Shown here in pieces: positions 51,497-62,400 of a stretch of DNA of 64,000 nt; position 1 is the stretch's first letter, and each line of letters starts with the position of its first letter. A model generated the notes under the pieces. The model did no database searches, had not been told where the DNA came from, and was given only the letters and a program-made list of their open reading frames with translations. The stretch is from an uncultured Parachlamydiaceae bacterium. GTDB lineage: Bacteria > Chlamydiota > Chlamydiia > Chlamydiales > Parachlamydiaceae. Position numbers and translations under genes: made by a program. The stretch is from assembly GCA_963742415.1 (NCBI GenBank), contig CAVULX010000004.1:832001-896000 (forward strand), in the 5' to 3' direction.

Positions 51497-51631
51497 AATT
51501 CCCGAAGGGAATTGCAGACTGGTAGCCCAGAGTAAGCTGTGAGGGCGAAGCCCGAAACGGCGCAACTCTGGGAATTTAAGAATTAGAATTGTACCCCCGA
51601 AGCGGGGTACGAGAAATTCCATCGAATGGAA
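51497..51631. repeat. Cluster of GAA-loop hairpins (REP-like or structured RNA)
   Basis: AATTCCC-GAA-GGGAATT; CCCAGAGT...ACTCTGGG enclosing GGGC-GAA-GCCC; GTACCCC-CGAAGC-GGGGTAC; TTCCAT-CGA-ATGGAA. Confidence 0.75.
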
Positions 51632-51667
51632 GATGTTATGGATTTTGTTAGAATTTGTATAGCACCG

Positions 51668-52219
51668 CTACTGCTTTTCAATCCTGCCGCAGGCTATGCG
51701 AGCTCCAGCATTGCCGGTCGGTTGCGTAGTAAAGTCATCAGCGTCAGCATGCACAATGACCGACCTTCCAACAATTGCATTGGGTCCATTGAGCTCAAGC
51801 ATCCGATCTACACGCTCATAATGCGCATGTCCGCTGCTATCGGCAACCACATTTCCTAAATCACCAACATGCCTATGGGGATCATCGGGACCGGCATGTT
51901 TGCCCTTTGTGGGATTATAATGCCCCCCTGCAGATGAACCATCAGGCGCACTGCAATCACCAAATTCATGGATGTGGAAGCCGTGTTTGCCCGGCTTTAA
52001 CCCATCAATATCTGCCACTACTTTAATGCCGCTATTTGTTAGGGTAAACGTCACAATTCCGTGGGCCTGATTCCCTTTTGTCGGATTAAGTACTGCCTTG
52101 GCTTGTTTGACTATCTGGAGGGCAGCGGTTTCTTCAGCAGCTAAAGGGACCACCCCTATCGCCAAAAAAAATCCACATAAAGCAATTCGAGAGATTCCTT
52201 GAAAAAAAGGACAAGTCAT
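51668..52219 (-). CDS. sodC: Periplasmic Cu/Zn superoxide dismutase
   Basis: Signal peptide; HGFHIHEFGDC, AGGHYNP, HVGDLGN, GNAGARIACG. Confidence 0.96.
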   Translation of the reverse strand: MTCPFFQGISRIALCGFFLAIGVVPLAAEETAALQIVKQAKAVLNPTKGNQAHGIVTFTLTNSGIKVVADIDGLKPGKHGFHIHEFGDCSAPDGSSAGGHYNPTKGKHAGPDDPHRHVGDLGNVVADSSGHAHYERVDRMLELNGPNAIVGRSVIVHADADDFTTQPTGNAGARIACGRIEKQ

Positions 52220-52280
52220 AGTTTACTCCTCTAAGAAGCGATTTTTAAAATTACCCTTTAAGTTAGCTTCTATGGGCTTT

Positions 52281-52433
52281 TTATTCTTCTGTAGAGCTGC
52301 CTTGCCCTCGATCTTCCCCTTTTGCCGGTTCCGATTTTTCAGTTTCGTACGAACTATCAGACTTTTGTTCATTCATACTGCATCCGGAAAGCAACACGTT
52401 CATACTTAGTAAGACCAAAGCGAATTTTTTCAT
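52281..52433 (-). CDS. Small 50-aa lipoprotein (not in the ORF track)
   Basis: MKKFALVLLSMNVLLSGCSMNEQKSDSSYETEKSEPAKGEDRGQGSSTEE*; lipobox LSGC; GGGGAG RBS just upstream of the ATG. Confidence 0.75.
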   Translation of the reverse strand: MKKFALVLLSMNVLLSGCSMNEQKSDSSYETEKSEPAKGEDRGQGSSTEE

Positions 52434-52514
52434 AGGACTCCCCCACTTTTTAGAAAAATCAAATAACCTTTTGTATTGGCTATTAATTACTTCATAGAAA
52501 ATTCAATTATTTTT

Positions 52515-54521
52515 TTACAACAGTTTTTCAAATTCAGTTTCCGATAAAAAGGGGATGCCTAAAGAGCGAGCTTTTTCCAATTTAGATCCAGGATCTTCTC
52601 CAACAATCACATAGTCTGTTTTTTTGCTTACAGTGTCGATGACCTTCCCCCCTCTTTCTTTAATTAAAGTAGCTGCAGCTGAACGGGTATATTTTTGTAA
52701 GGAACCCGTTAAAACGAATGTTTTATTGTTAAAGGGGTGTTTGATGAACGCCTTAACCTCAAGGGAACGGGGCTTAACACCTAGTTTAAATAATTTTTTA
52801 ATCTCGTCGATATTTTCGTGCTCGGAAAAATAGTCATGGATCGAATTGGCGACTTTTTCCCCTATTCCTTCGATGTTGAGGAGTTCCTCTTTGGTCATTT
52901 TCATAAGAGCCTCAATCGTCCCGGCTTTTTTTGCTAAATCTTCAGCCGTTCCCGCTCCGATATGTTTGATGCCAAGGGCCATGATAAACTTTTCTAACGG
53001 AACATCTCTCGACCGATCTATGCTTGTCAGCAGGTTATGGATAGATTTATCTTTGTAGCCTTCAAGCTGGCTGAGTTGTTCTTCGGTAAGGGTATATATA
53101 TCGGAAGGATGTTTGACGAACCCCATTTTGACAAGTTGCTCAACCACCTTTACCCCCATGTTATCGATATCCATCCCCGCCTTGCCTGCAAAATAGAAGA
53201 TCCTCCTTATGAGCTGCGTAACGCAACTTTCTTTATTAGGGCATCGCACAGCGACCTCTCCTTCGACCCTCACGACAGGGGTCCCGCAGATGGGGCAATG
53301 CTTCGGCATTTTCCAGGGGTGTGTATGGGGAGGCCTTTTTTCAGGAACAACTCTAACAACTTTGGGGATCACATCTCCCCCCTTTTCAATATAGACCCAA
53401 TCCCCCACCCTAATATCTTTTCGATGGACTTCCTCCTCATTATGAAGGGTCGCGCGGGAAATCTTGCTTCCGGCCAAGAAGACAGGATCTAATTCAGCAA
53501 CAGGAGTAAGCACACCAGTTCTACCCACTTGGACAGTGATCTCTTTGATTGAAGTTAAAGCTTGTTCCGGATTAAATTTATAAGCCACCGCCCAACGGGG
53601 ATTCTTGCCTGTCGCCCCTAATCGGGTTTGTTCGGCTAAATTGTCGAGTTTGATGACAATCCCATCGATGTCGAAAGGGAATGCAGGCCTTTTCTCTCTG
53701 ATCTCTTCAGCAAATTCCCAGATTTCCCGGTTACCTTTACATAAGGCCAAATGTTTGAGGATCGGCAACCCTAACCGCCGCAAAAAAGCATGGCTTTCAT
53801 ATTGACTCGTGATCGAGAAAGAAGAATCCTCGGCAATGCCATAGAAGACGATATCCAGCTTTCGCTTAGCAACCTCCCGGGGATCTAATAACTTTAGAGA
53901 ACCTGCAGCTGCATTTCGTGGGTTAGCCCACAGGGGTTCATCGGCTTCCGCGCGCAGAACATTAGCTACTTGAAAGACAGCATGGGGCATGAACACTTCC
54001 CCCCTAACTTCCAAAAAATCGGGAGCATCTTTTCCCGATAATTTTAATGGAAGGGCTTCGATCGTTTTCATATTCGATGTAATGTCATCCCCTTTTTTCC
54101 CATCCCCCCGCGTCACCCCCTGCTTAAATATCCCTTTTTCATAAGTGGCAGATATGGCAATCCCATCCATTTTTAACTCACAGCAAAATTGCAAATCCTT
54201 TTTTTCTGTCAGCCGATGCATCCGGTCGATAAAGTTGTCTATCTCTTCTTGGCTATAAGTATTTGCCAAGGAGAGCATAGGGATTTTGTGAGCAATGGTT
54301 TTAAAGCCGGATGTCAACGTTTCCCCTATCCGCTGAGTGGGGGAGATCGGGGAGATCCAATCGGGATGCAATTTTTCTATCTGTTCGAGCTTTTTGAAAA
54401 GATGATCGTATTCTGTATCGCTTATTTTGGGGTTATGATCCACATAGTAAAGTTTGTCGTGATACCGGATTTCTTCGCAAAGCGCCTCATATTCAGCATG
54501 TGTGGGGGGGTGTTCTTTCAT
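52515..54521 (-). CDS. ligA: NAD-dependent DNA ligase
   Basis: ELKMDG, TRGDG, EVRGE, ANPRNAAAGS, DGIVIK, zinc finger, HhH, BRCT. Confidence 0.98.
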   Translation of the reverse strand: MKEHPPTHAEYEALCEEIRYHDKLYYVDHNPKISDTEYDHLFKKLEQIEKLHPDWISPISPTQRIGETLTSGFKTIAHKIPMLSLANTYSQEEIDNFIDRMHRLTEKKDLQFCCELKMDGIAISATYEKGIFKQGVTRGDGKKGDDITSNMKTIEALPLKLSGKDAPDFLEVRGEVFMPHAVFQVANVLRAEADEPLWANPRNAAAGSLKLLDPREVAKRKLDIVFYGIAEDSSFSITSQYESHAFLRRLGLPILKHLALCKGNREIWEFAEEIREKRPAFPFDIDGIVIKLDNLAEQTRLGATGKNPRWAVAYKFNPEQALTSIKEITVQVGRTGVLTPVAELDPVFLAGSKISRATLHNEEEVHRKDIRVGDWVYIEKGGDVIPKVVRVVPEKRPPHTHPWKMPKHCPICGTPVVRVEGEVAVRCPNKESCVTQLIRRIFYFAGKAGMDIDNMGVKVVEQLVKMGFVKHPSDIYTLTEEQLSQLEGYKDKSIHNLLTSIDRSRDVPLEKFIMALGIKHIGAGTAEDLAKKAGTIEALMKMTKEELLNIEGIGEKVANSIHDYFSEHENIDEIKKLFKLGVKPRSLEVKAFIKHPFNNKTFVLTGSLQKYTRSAAATLIKERGGKVIDTVSKKTDYVIVGEDPGSKLEKARSLGIPFLSETEFEKLL

Positions 54522-54523
54522 CT

Positions 54524-56682
54524 TTATACCTGAAAAATCATGGTTGATAGCGGAGCTAATTGAATTTTAATGGCATAGGCGCGCCCTTCCCAATCCCTTA
54601 CGATTTCTGGATGAGTATTGATTTTACCCGAACCTCCATATCTTTCTTCATCGCTGTTAAAGATCTCCTTAATGGAGGACACACCGGGAAGATAAATAAG
54701 ATATTCGCCATGATATTGGGGTGTGAAGTTATGCACGCATAGTACACGATCCCAAGAGCCTTTGCGGAGGTAGCTGATGACGCTATTCTGCCGATCAGAA
54801 AAATCAACCCATTCAAAGCCAGTATAATCGAAGTCACGCTCCCACAGACAGCCATGGTTTAAATAGAGATGGTTGATCTCTTTGACCATCCTTTTGACTC
54901 CATCATGCATTGGGAATGACAAGAGATACCATTCGATTTCTGCTTTACAATACCATTCATTCCACTGGGCAATTTCTCCTCCCATGAACAGCAATTTTTT
55001 TCCTGGCTGGCAGATCATGTAGCTCAACAAGAGACGAAGATTGGCAAATTTTTGCCATATATCGCCAGGCATTTTGCTAATTAAACTCTGTTTGCCATGC
55101 ACCACTTCATCATGGGAAAGGACCAAGGCAAATCGTTCAGAAAAAGCATAGAGCAAACCAAAGGTCAGGTCGTTGTGGTGATAGTGGCGAAAGAACATAT
55201 CTTTCGAAAAATAGCGGAGCGTATCATTCATCCAGCCCATATTCCATTTCAGATCGAAACCAAGCCCTTGATACCTACAGGATGCGTCACACCCGTGAAC
55301 GAGGTCGATTCCTCAGCGATCATCAAAATTCCAGGAAATCGTTGATGGACAATGGAATTGAGGTGCTTGAAAAATTCGATGGCCTCGAGATTTTCTTTGC
55401 CTCCATATTTATTGGGAATCCACTCTCCCTTTTCTCTTCCATAGTCAAGATAGAGCATGGAAGCCACAGCATCGACGCGCAACCCGTCGACATGCATCCC
55501 CCGAACCAATAAAGGGCGTTGGCAATGAGAAAGTTAGAAACTTCATGACGGCCAAAATTAAAAATATAGGTGTTCCAGTGGGGATGGTAGCCCTTGCCTA
55601 GGATCGGCATGTTCATAGAAGGCTGTGCCATCAAAACGGCCCAATGAAAAATCATCTGTGGGAAAATGTCCCGGAACCCAATCGAGGATGACTCCAATAT
55701 GATTTTGGTGCAGATGATTGACAAACCATTGAAAATCTTCCGGCGTGCCAAATCGGCTTGTGACGGAATAAAATCCGGACACTTGATACCCCCACGATTC
55801 ATCTAAAGGATGCTCTTGAATAGGCATGAGCTCGACATGCGTATATCCCATCTCTTTACAATAAGCGGCCAATTCGACAGCGATTTCACGGTAATTTTTG
55901 AAATAGTAGCCGTTTTTACTCCAAGAGCCCAAATGGACCTCATAAATATTGATCGGATGGGGCTTGTCTTTTTCGTTGCCCCGCTTTTCAAGCCAATCCT
56001 GATCCTCCCAAGCAAATCTGTTGACATCAAAAACGATAGAAGCTGTAGCGGGTCTCATTTCGCTAAAATACGCGTAGGGATCCGCTTTCAATATAATCTG
56101 ATTGATCTGCGTCTTAATTTCAAACTTGTATTTTTCCCCTTCAATTAAACCTGGAACAAATAACTCCCAGATGCCGCAATTTCCCATGTTGCGCATCGGA
56201 TTGACCCGTCCATCGAAATGATTGAAGTCCCCGATTAAAGAAACTCTCTTAGCGGCAGGAGCCCAAACGGCAAACCGGACCCCTTCAATTCCCTGATGGG
56301 AGATCAAATGGGCCCCAAGAATCTTGAAAATTTCGTAGTGGACCCCTTTGCTGAAAAGGTATTGGTCAACCTCTCCTATCGTAGGAATAAAAGCGTAGGG
56401 GTCATGAGCAAGCAACCCATTGAGGTGGTAAACGCGATAGTCTTTTGGAGTGGTATTTCTTGGAACAATGTAGGCAAATAAGCCTGCTACATCCAACCTT
56501 TCTGCGGTGACGATTTTTCCAAAGACTTCCAGATGGATCGTCTGCGCCCCGGGACGCCAAAGACGGATAATTTTTTTCTGGTCGATATGATCATGCAAGC
56601 CTAATATCGCATGAGGATCATAATGATCCCCCTGCTGAATGAGCATGAGGTGTTTCGCAAATTGTGGATCAAGGTCAAGCAT
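54524..56682 (-). pseudogene. glgB: 1,4-alpha-glucan branching enzyme with three frameshifts (pseudogene or assembly error)
   Basis: GlgB motifs ([56 protein letters not shown]) are spread over four reading segments; shifts near 55591, 55500 and 55275. Confidence 0.85.
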
Positions 56683-56867
56683 GTAAAAAACCGCTTATTG
56701 ATTATTATATCATTACACAAAAAGCCTATTTTATAACCCAACAAGAAAAAATCACCAAGAGGTATTTTAGAGGTCGATGAATAGAAGAAAGGAATAAAAA
56801 ATAGATCTCTTACGCTATTAAAATTTTTGAGTCACGTTCGGTATACAATAAATGAGATCTAATGATT

Positions 56868-56952
56868 AACGCAGAGCCGGGGAGCCGGGGAGACGCAGAG
56901 GGATATTTTCTCGATTACCTCTTCGCCCCACCGACTCTCCGCCTCAGCGTTT
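56868..56952. repeat. GC-richer palindromic variant of the 9-nt-periodic family
   Basis: AACGCAGAGCCGGGGAGCCGGGGAGACGCAGAGG...CCTCT...CTCCGCCTCAGCGTT, just downstream of the minus-strand stop at 56962. Confidence 0.65.
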
Positions 56953-56961
56953 CATGGCTTT

Positions 56962-58041
56962 TTAATGTTCAAAGTTATCAAGATAGAATGGGCTAACTGC
57001 ATCTAAGACAAATATTGAACCAGTTTTAATACGACTGCCTTTATCCCGGCTGCTTCTACGCAAGCGATAACTTTTGATAGAATGGTGAAATTGAAAATTC
57101 AGCTCGGCAGGCCCATTTCCTTGCAAAATCAATCGTCGAATTCTTTTTTTGCTCCACTCAAGATCGATCGTCCCATATTTGAATTTTAAACCCAGATAAC
57201 GGCCGCAATGAAATTCAGGCGGAAGCTTAGGCAAAATAAAAAGGTCATTTTGCTTCTCTTGAAAAAATAACCGCCGGATCAACAAAGCTCCTTCTGTCAA
57301 TAGAGGAAGAGCAGACCCACCAAAATTATCAGGAATTGCAGACAACCCAAACCCTTGATGTTGCGTATCTTGCAATCTAGGAACTCCCATTCCTTCAAGG
57401 CCTGCTAAGAATATTTTTTTGAATGGAGCCAAAACTTTTTCTCGAGAAAAACTTTCCATCGCTTGCCGGCACTCATTTAACAAAGCTAGCGTCCCTTTTG
57501 CTTCGGAAAATGGAACCTCAGGAGTGATTTGCCCTAACCTCAACCATAAGGGAAAGATTTCTTCCATGGCGCATCTTTTGCGGATCATCTCCCAATCTTG
57601 AGCTTTATGATTTCCTAAAGAAAGCCTTTCGCTAATAGGCTCTAAAGGGGCCTCTTTGGAATCAGAGAAAACGAGGGGCCCTTTCGTCAAAGATGTTAAG
57701 TTAGACGGAAAAAGTCCATCCGTTAAGTCCTTTTCAACTTGAATAGCTACCCTGTTCTGCTCTTTTTGGTAAAAACAGTGATACCGATAAAAACCTCGGA
57801 TCGAATGCCCCCACACAAAAATAATCCCTTTTTCTAAATCTTGCACAACAGTGAAATCTTTGACAGGCCCTTCAACATTGAGGGGAAATTCTGCTAAAAC
57901 CGCTGTTTCAGACTGCGCAAGATCTTTTAATCGCAGCAATGCCGGATACAAGCGCAAGCAAAACGTTGAGCCCGGCACAAGACACAAGGTTCCAGGAATA
58001 TGGGAAAAGGGGCGCAGACGCTCTGCTATCGCAATCCGCAT
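56962..58041 (-). CDS. Conserved hypothetical protein; C-terminus resembles glycoside-hydrolase C-terminal beta domains
   Basis: ILPKLPPEFHCGR...IDLEWSK pattern; upstream of glgB, overlaps the mtaB end. Confidence 0.6.
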   Translation of the reverse strand: MRIAIAERLRPFSHIPGTLCLVPGSTFCLRLYPALLRLKDLAQSETAVLAEFPLNVEGPVKDFTVVQDLEKGIIFVWGHSIRGFYRYHCFYQKEQNRVAIQVEKDLTDGLFPSNLTSLTKGPLVFSDSKEAPLEPISERLSLGNHKAQDWEMIRKRCAMEEIFPLWLRLGQITPEVPFSEAKGTLALLNECRQAMESFSREKVLAPFKKIFLAGLEGMGVPRLQDTQHQGFGLSAIPDNFGGSALPLLTEGALLIRRLFFQEKQNDLFILPKLPPEFHCGRYLGLKFKYGTIDLEWSKKRIRRLILQGNGPAELNFQFHHSIKSYRLRRSSRDKGSRIKTGSIFVLDAVSPFYLDNFEH

Positions 58042-59342
58042 GATGCTCTCCCACTGTTCGAGAGAGGATAACCGATCAACCCCTCAGGCGTATTTTCTAA
58101 TAATTCCACTTCTACTAACTCATTCTGAGCCATTTGAGATCCCGGTATTTTAACCAACAAAAAATTGTCTGTATGGCCAAGGGCTCCATGTGATCCATTT
58201 TCTTGCCCCCCTTGCTCTGTCAGGACCACCATTCGGCGGGAAAGGAACTTTTGCCTAAGCTTAAAAGCGATCTGCTCCGACACTCGCAAAACCTCTTGCT
58301 TCCGCTGTTTCATCACTTCGGGGGTCACTTTGTTGGGATATGTCGCGGCCTTTGTTCGGGGGCGCTCACTGTATGGGAACATATGGACCTTTGCAAATTG
58401 CACTTCCTGCATGACTGCAAGGGTTTCTTCGAAATCGGCCTCGGTCTCTCCCGGAAATCCGACAATGACATCGGTTGTAAAAGTGAAATCGGGCTCAGCC
58501 TGACGCAGACGGTCGATGGTTTCCATAAAAATCTGCCGAGTATATTTTCTGTTCATCCGTTTGAGGATGACATTGGATCCCGATTGGAGCACAATATGCA
58601 TCGAAGGGCATGTCTTGGAACCATTGATAATGGCGTCCATGAGGTCGTCATTGACTTCATCGGGATCGATGGAGGAAACGCGCAACCGCTCAAGTCCGGG
58701 AACTTTATCGACAGCACGGACTAAATCCGCTAGAGTATCTGGCTTTTCCCCTTCAGCGGGATTTCCATCAAAATCACCCACATTGATGCCGGTGATCACA
58801 ACCTCTTTGTAGCCGTTGCTGATGAGCCCCTCAACTTCCCGTACCACTTCAGGAATGGTGCGCGACCTGGAGCGGCCGCGGACATAAGGAATGATGCAAT
58901 AAGTGCAAAAAGAGTTGCACCCATCTTGGACTTTTACAAAAGCCCTTGTGTGGGCATCAAAGTGCTTGATGGAAAATTCAGGGACATCTTCTTCAGGAAA
59001 AAGGGAGGCAACGAGCGATTCTTTCTCTTTGTTGGGAACGACGAGGGACACCCCTTCGATCATTTTTACAGCCTCGGGCTGCCGCTCGGCAAAACATCCG
59101 GTGACGACGAGCTTGGTGCCTGGGTTTTCCCGGGCAAGTTTTCTGATTTCATGGCGGCTATGGCTATCGGCTGACTCTGTCACTGTGCAGGTATTGACAA
59201 CGCAGATATCGGCAGACTCCCCTTCTTGGGCTTGCGTATAACCAAGACCCAAAAGTTGATCTTGATAGGCCTGCGATTCATATTGATTAGTTCGGCAGCC
59301 CAGTGTGGCTATTTTGAATTTTTTTTTGACGTCTTCCTTCAT
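58026..59342 (-). CDS. mtaB: tRNA t6A37 methylthiotransferase MtaB
   Basis: TLGCRTNQYES, NTCTVT, radical-SAM CNSFCTYC in KVQDGC context, VGFPGET, TRAM-like end. Confidence 0.9.
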   Translation of the reverse strand: MKEDVKKKFKIATLGCRTNQYESQAYQDQLLGLGYTQAQEGESADICVVNTCTVTESADSHSRHEIRKLARENPGTKLVVTGCFAERQPEAVKMIEGVSLVVPNKEKESLVASLFPEEDVPEFSIKHFDAHTRAFVKVQDGCNSFCTYCIIPYVRGRSRSRTIPEVVREVEGLISNGYKEVVITGINVGDFDGNPAEGEKPDTLADLVRAVDKVPGLERLRVSSIDPDEVNDDLMDAIINGSKTCPSMHIVLQSGSNVILKRMNRKYTRQIFMETIDRLRQAEPDFTFTTDVIVGFPGETEADFEETLAVMQEVQFAKVHMFPYSERPRTKAATYPNKVTPEVMKQRKQEVLRVSEQIAFKLRQKFLSRRMVVLTEQGGQENGSHGALGHTDNFLLVKIPGSQMAQNELVEVELLENTPEGLIGYPLSNSGRASCGLR

Positions 59343-59410
59343 GGGGAGCAGTTTACCACATCAAAATGTCCAAAGCAAGTAGAGAATAGGGGTTAAAGAG
59401 GCTAGTTTTT

Positions 59411-59482
59411 TGGAGTGCAACGGCTTGCCGCCGCCAGAAGTTTGGACGTTTCTCAATCAACATAAATTCCCGAAGGGAATTT
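59411..59482. repeat. REP-like remnants including a second AAATTCCCGAAGGGAATTT hairpin
   Basis: TGGAGTGCAACGGCTTGCCGCCGC, plus a 17-bp exact match (59465-59481) to 51497-51513. Confidence 0.6.
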
Positions 59483-59493
59483 AAATTTGGACT

Positions 59494-62400
59494 TTAAGCT
59501 GTTTCTACAGCGGAAGCCGAGGACCTTGCTTCAGGGGCTGGATAGTGCCTCACGAGCGCATCAAGCCCGTTATAGACGAAGTTAGCGTTGATCGGAGTAT
59601 TGATTTCATCTCTAACCCTCTGAGCATTCTGTCCTACACTGCTCTCTACCTTGCCAAAAATCCATCCGATTAACGGCCTTAGCAACCAGCCAAATAGAGT
59701 TCCTATGATGCTATGCTCTAACCAAGCCAAAACTTTGGTTTTAGCTTTTACTGGGATTTCTTTGGCTTCGGTCGTAACCTTTGCGTTGTTCACTTGGTCA
59801 TTCGTTGCTGTGTTGTTCTTGTCATCCAGGATTTCAGCTTGCGTTACTGGGGCTTTTTTATCTAGATCTGGTTCTAAGGCTGCAGCTCCCTTAAAAATTC
59901 CAAAAGCCACAATCTTAGAAAGGGGCCAATCTTTCAACGCATCCTTTATAACAGGTTCCAAGTTTTTCGCAGGCAATGATCCCACTTTAGGTAAATGGGT
60001 CAACTTAGGAAGTAAATTTGTAGCCATCGTCGGCGGCAATACCCCACATAACACATTGATCAGCCGTGTCAGTCTTTGCTGATTTTGTAATTGCTTTTGT
60101 AATGCAGCATCCGTCAATGGTTGCGCAGGCCCCGCAGGGGGTACAGTGGGATTGTTAGCAGCTGCTGACAAACTAGTGTTGATATTTTCCAATATCCCTG
60201 CAACCAGAATTTTATCGATCATTTCCGGAGTACCCAACATTCCAAGAACTGAAGATAATGCATCGGGTATTGCTGTTTCTGTAATGAGCTTCCAAACCTC
60301 TTTTTCTAATTCATAAGGCACTTTTAAGTCTTGAGGACCATTTTTTCCGGCAACTTTCAATAACCACATTCCCAAATCTTTGTAAAAGGCTTTTTTGGCC
60401 TCTTCATTGTACATTGCGAAATGTAAAGCTGCAGCATCTCTGAAACCATTTTTCATTATGCCAGCCTCCACTTGATTCATCAATTGGTGGGGTGGATTAA
60501 GATCTCTTACTTTTTCAAGATGTCGAGCGAGCAATTCAACTAATTCAAGAGTCAAATCGAACATTTTTTCAGGATTTTGCTCTTCCATCGTTTTAAGATT
60601 GCCTGTAAGATTATCTAAAATCTCTAATAGTTGCCCATAGATCTCTTTTTGCAGGATCGGGAACAGAAATTCTCCTGATTTTGGAACAACTTTTCCAATT
60701 TCACCCATATGGTTGTTGCCAGGTATGCGTTCTAAATGATGACCCTGGAAATCGAGTCCTTGCTCAATTAGATCGGCAATTTCTACGCTGTTAACAACCA
60801 AAAAGTTGTCTAATTTTTTCACGGCAAAGGCTGCCAAATCCTTCACGGCTTTCGACAGGGTCTTATCCGGCTTTTGTGGGTCTAGGTTCGGGAATCGAAG
60901 GTTTAAACTTCCCTTATGCTTTATTCTAGAGCGATAGGCCTTGCTCGTCTCAATGTATGACTCCAAGATAAGCCCAGTCACCTCATCGTCAAGAAGAGCT
61001 TTTAAAGGTGCTGGGAAAGCTTCAGGGTCATATCCCATCCCTTTTAATACCGCTGTTACCAAAGGCTTAAATTGTCCTTTTAATTGTTGATATTCTTCTA
61101 TTATGACTTTTTTACCCTCTATTTTTTTCCGTTTTTCAGATAGTTGTATTTGATCCTGTGTCAATTCTTTAATCGTTTCTTCTACTTGTTTTTTCTCATT
61201 TTCTTTAGTTAGCTTCTCATCTCCCTCAGGAAGACGTTCTAATTCTTGAGTTAGACGGCCTAAATCTTGAGTTAATTTTGATATGTGTGCGCTATTAGCT
61301 TGTGAAAATGCATCGTTTTCATTCAGTTTATCAATATAACGTTGAAGTGAAATCTTGCTTTCAATAACTTTCATCTCTTCGATAAGTTTTTCATCTTCAG
61401 TAGCTTTCACTTTTAACTGATTTTCTACTCGTACCTTCTGTTCACCTTCAGAGAGACTCTCTTTTGTTTTATAGAGGTTCAACATCTCTTTTCGATTTCT
61501 GTTTATTTCCGCTTTTTTATCATTTAATTGTTTAATATATTTGCCGTTGTTGTCTAAATACTTAGTTATTTTATTCAACATCGCTTTATTTTTATTGTCG
61601 ATCGTTTGCTCGGAAATAATTTTGCGGATTTGCAATAAAGCGTTAGCTAAAGCATCTCCCTTTTCAGGTCCTGCTGCAGCTAGATGTAATAATCCATTTT
61701 TAATGATGATGCTGATCAAGCCTTTTGCTCCACCCAAAAACTGGTCGCAATTTCCGGCTTTCAGGGCTTCAAATAATTGGTTTAAATTGTCTGCTAAAAA
61801 AGCTTCTTCGAGACCGGTCAGCGTTCCCCCTACAGCCTTTTGATTAATTAGCATAGCCAAAACTGGGGCTTTCCCTTGGACAGCTTCCAACCCTTTCGGC
61901 AACCCCATTTCTATAGCTTGGTCGACGATTCGTGAAATATCTTTATCTGAAAGCTTCGCGATTACTCGGTTTTCTTCACTTGTGAACTTAAGGGGAACTA
62001 GGGGCATCACATAATCACATACAACGTTAAAAATTACATTGGGCAGAATAGAACTTTGCAAATCATCTTTCAGGCTGGCTTTCAAGTTTTCAGGCAAGGT
62101 GATCTGATCAAAATCTACTTGGGCGAGCAGCGCTCTCATAGTAGGTTCAAAAATCTTCAGCAACTCAACCTTTTTGACTTCTTTTGCCCGCTTTTCTTCT
62201 TCTGTGGTCTCAGCCATAGCCTTCCATTCGGCAATTTGTTCAAGCAATCGAGGTTCAGTTACATTTGCGCCCACGATTTGAAGAAGATGTTGAATTCCAT
62301 CTTCTAAAAGTTTAGCTTTTTGGCCTGCAGGTCTTCCTGGTTTGTTAACAGCTAAGTTGGCAAGAAGATGAAGGATATTGTATTGAATTAAAGGGAGAAC

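Noticed and set aside
51431..51859. ORFs 51431-51622 (-) and 51626-51859 (+)
   Set aside because: The first overlaps the hairpin cluster and the second is antisense to sodC; neither has protein-like features.
57851..59241. Several long plus-strand ORFs opposite mtaB
   Set aside because: These are antisense shadows of a well-conserved gene; the same applies to most short ORFs in the track.
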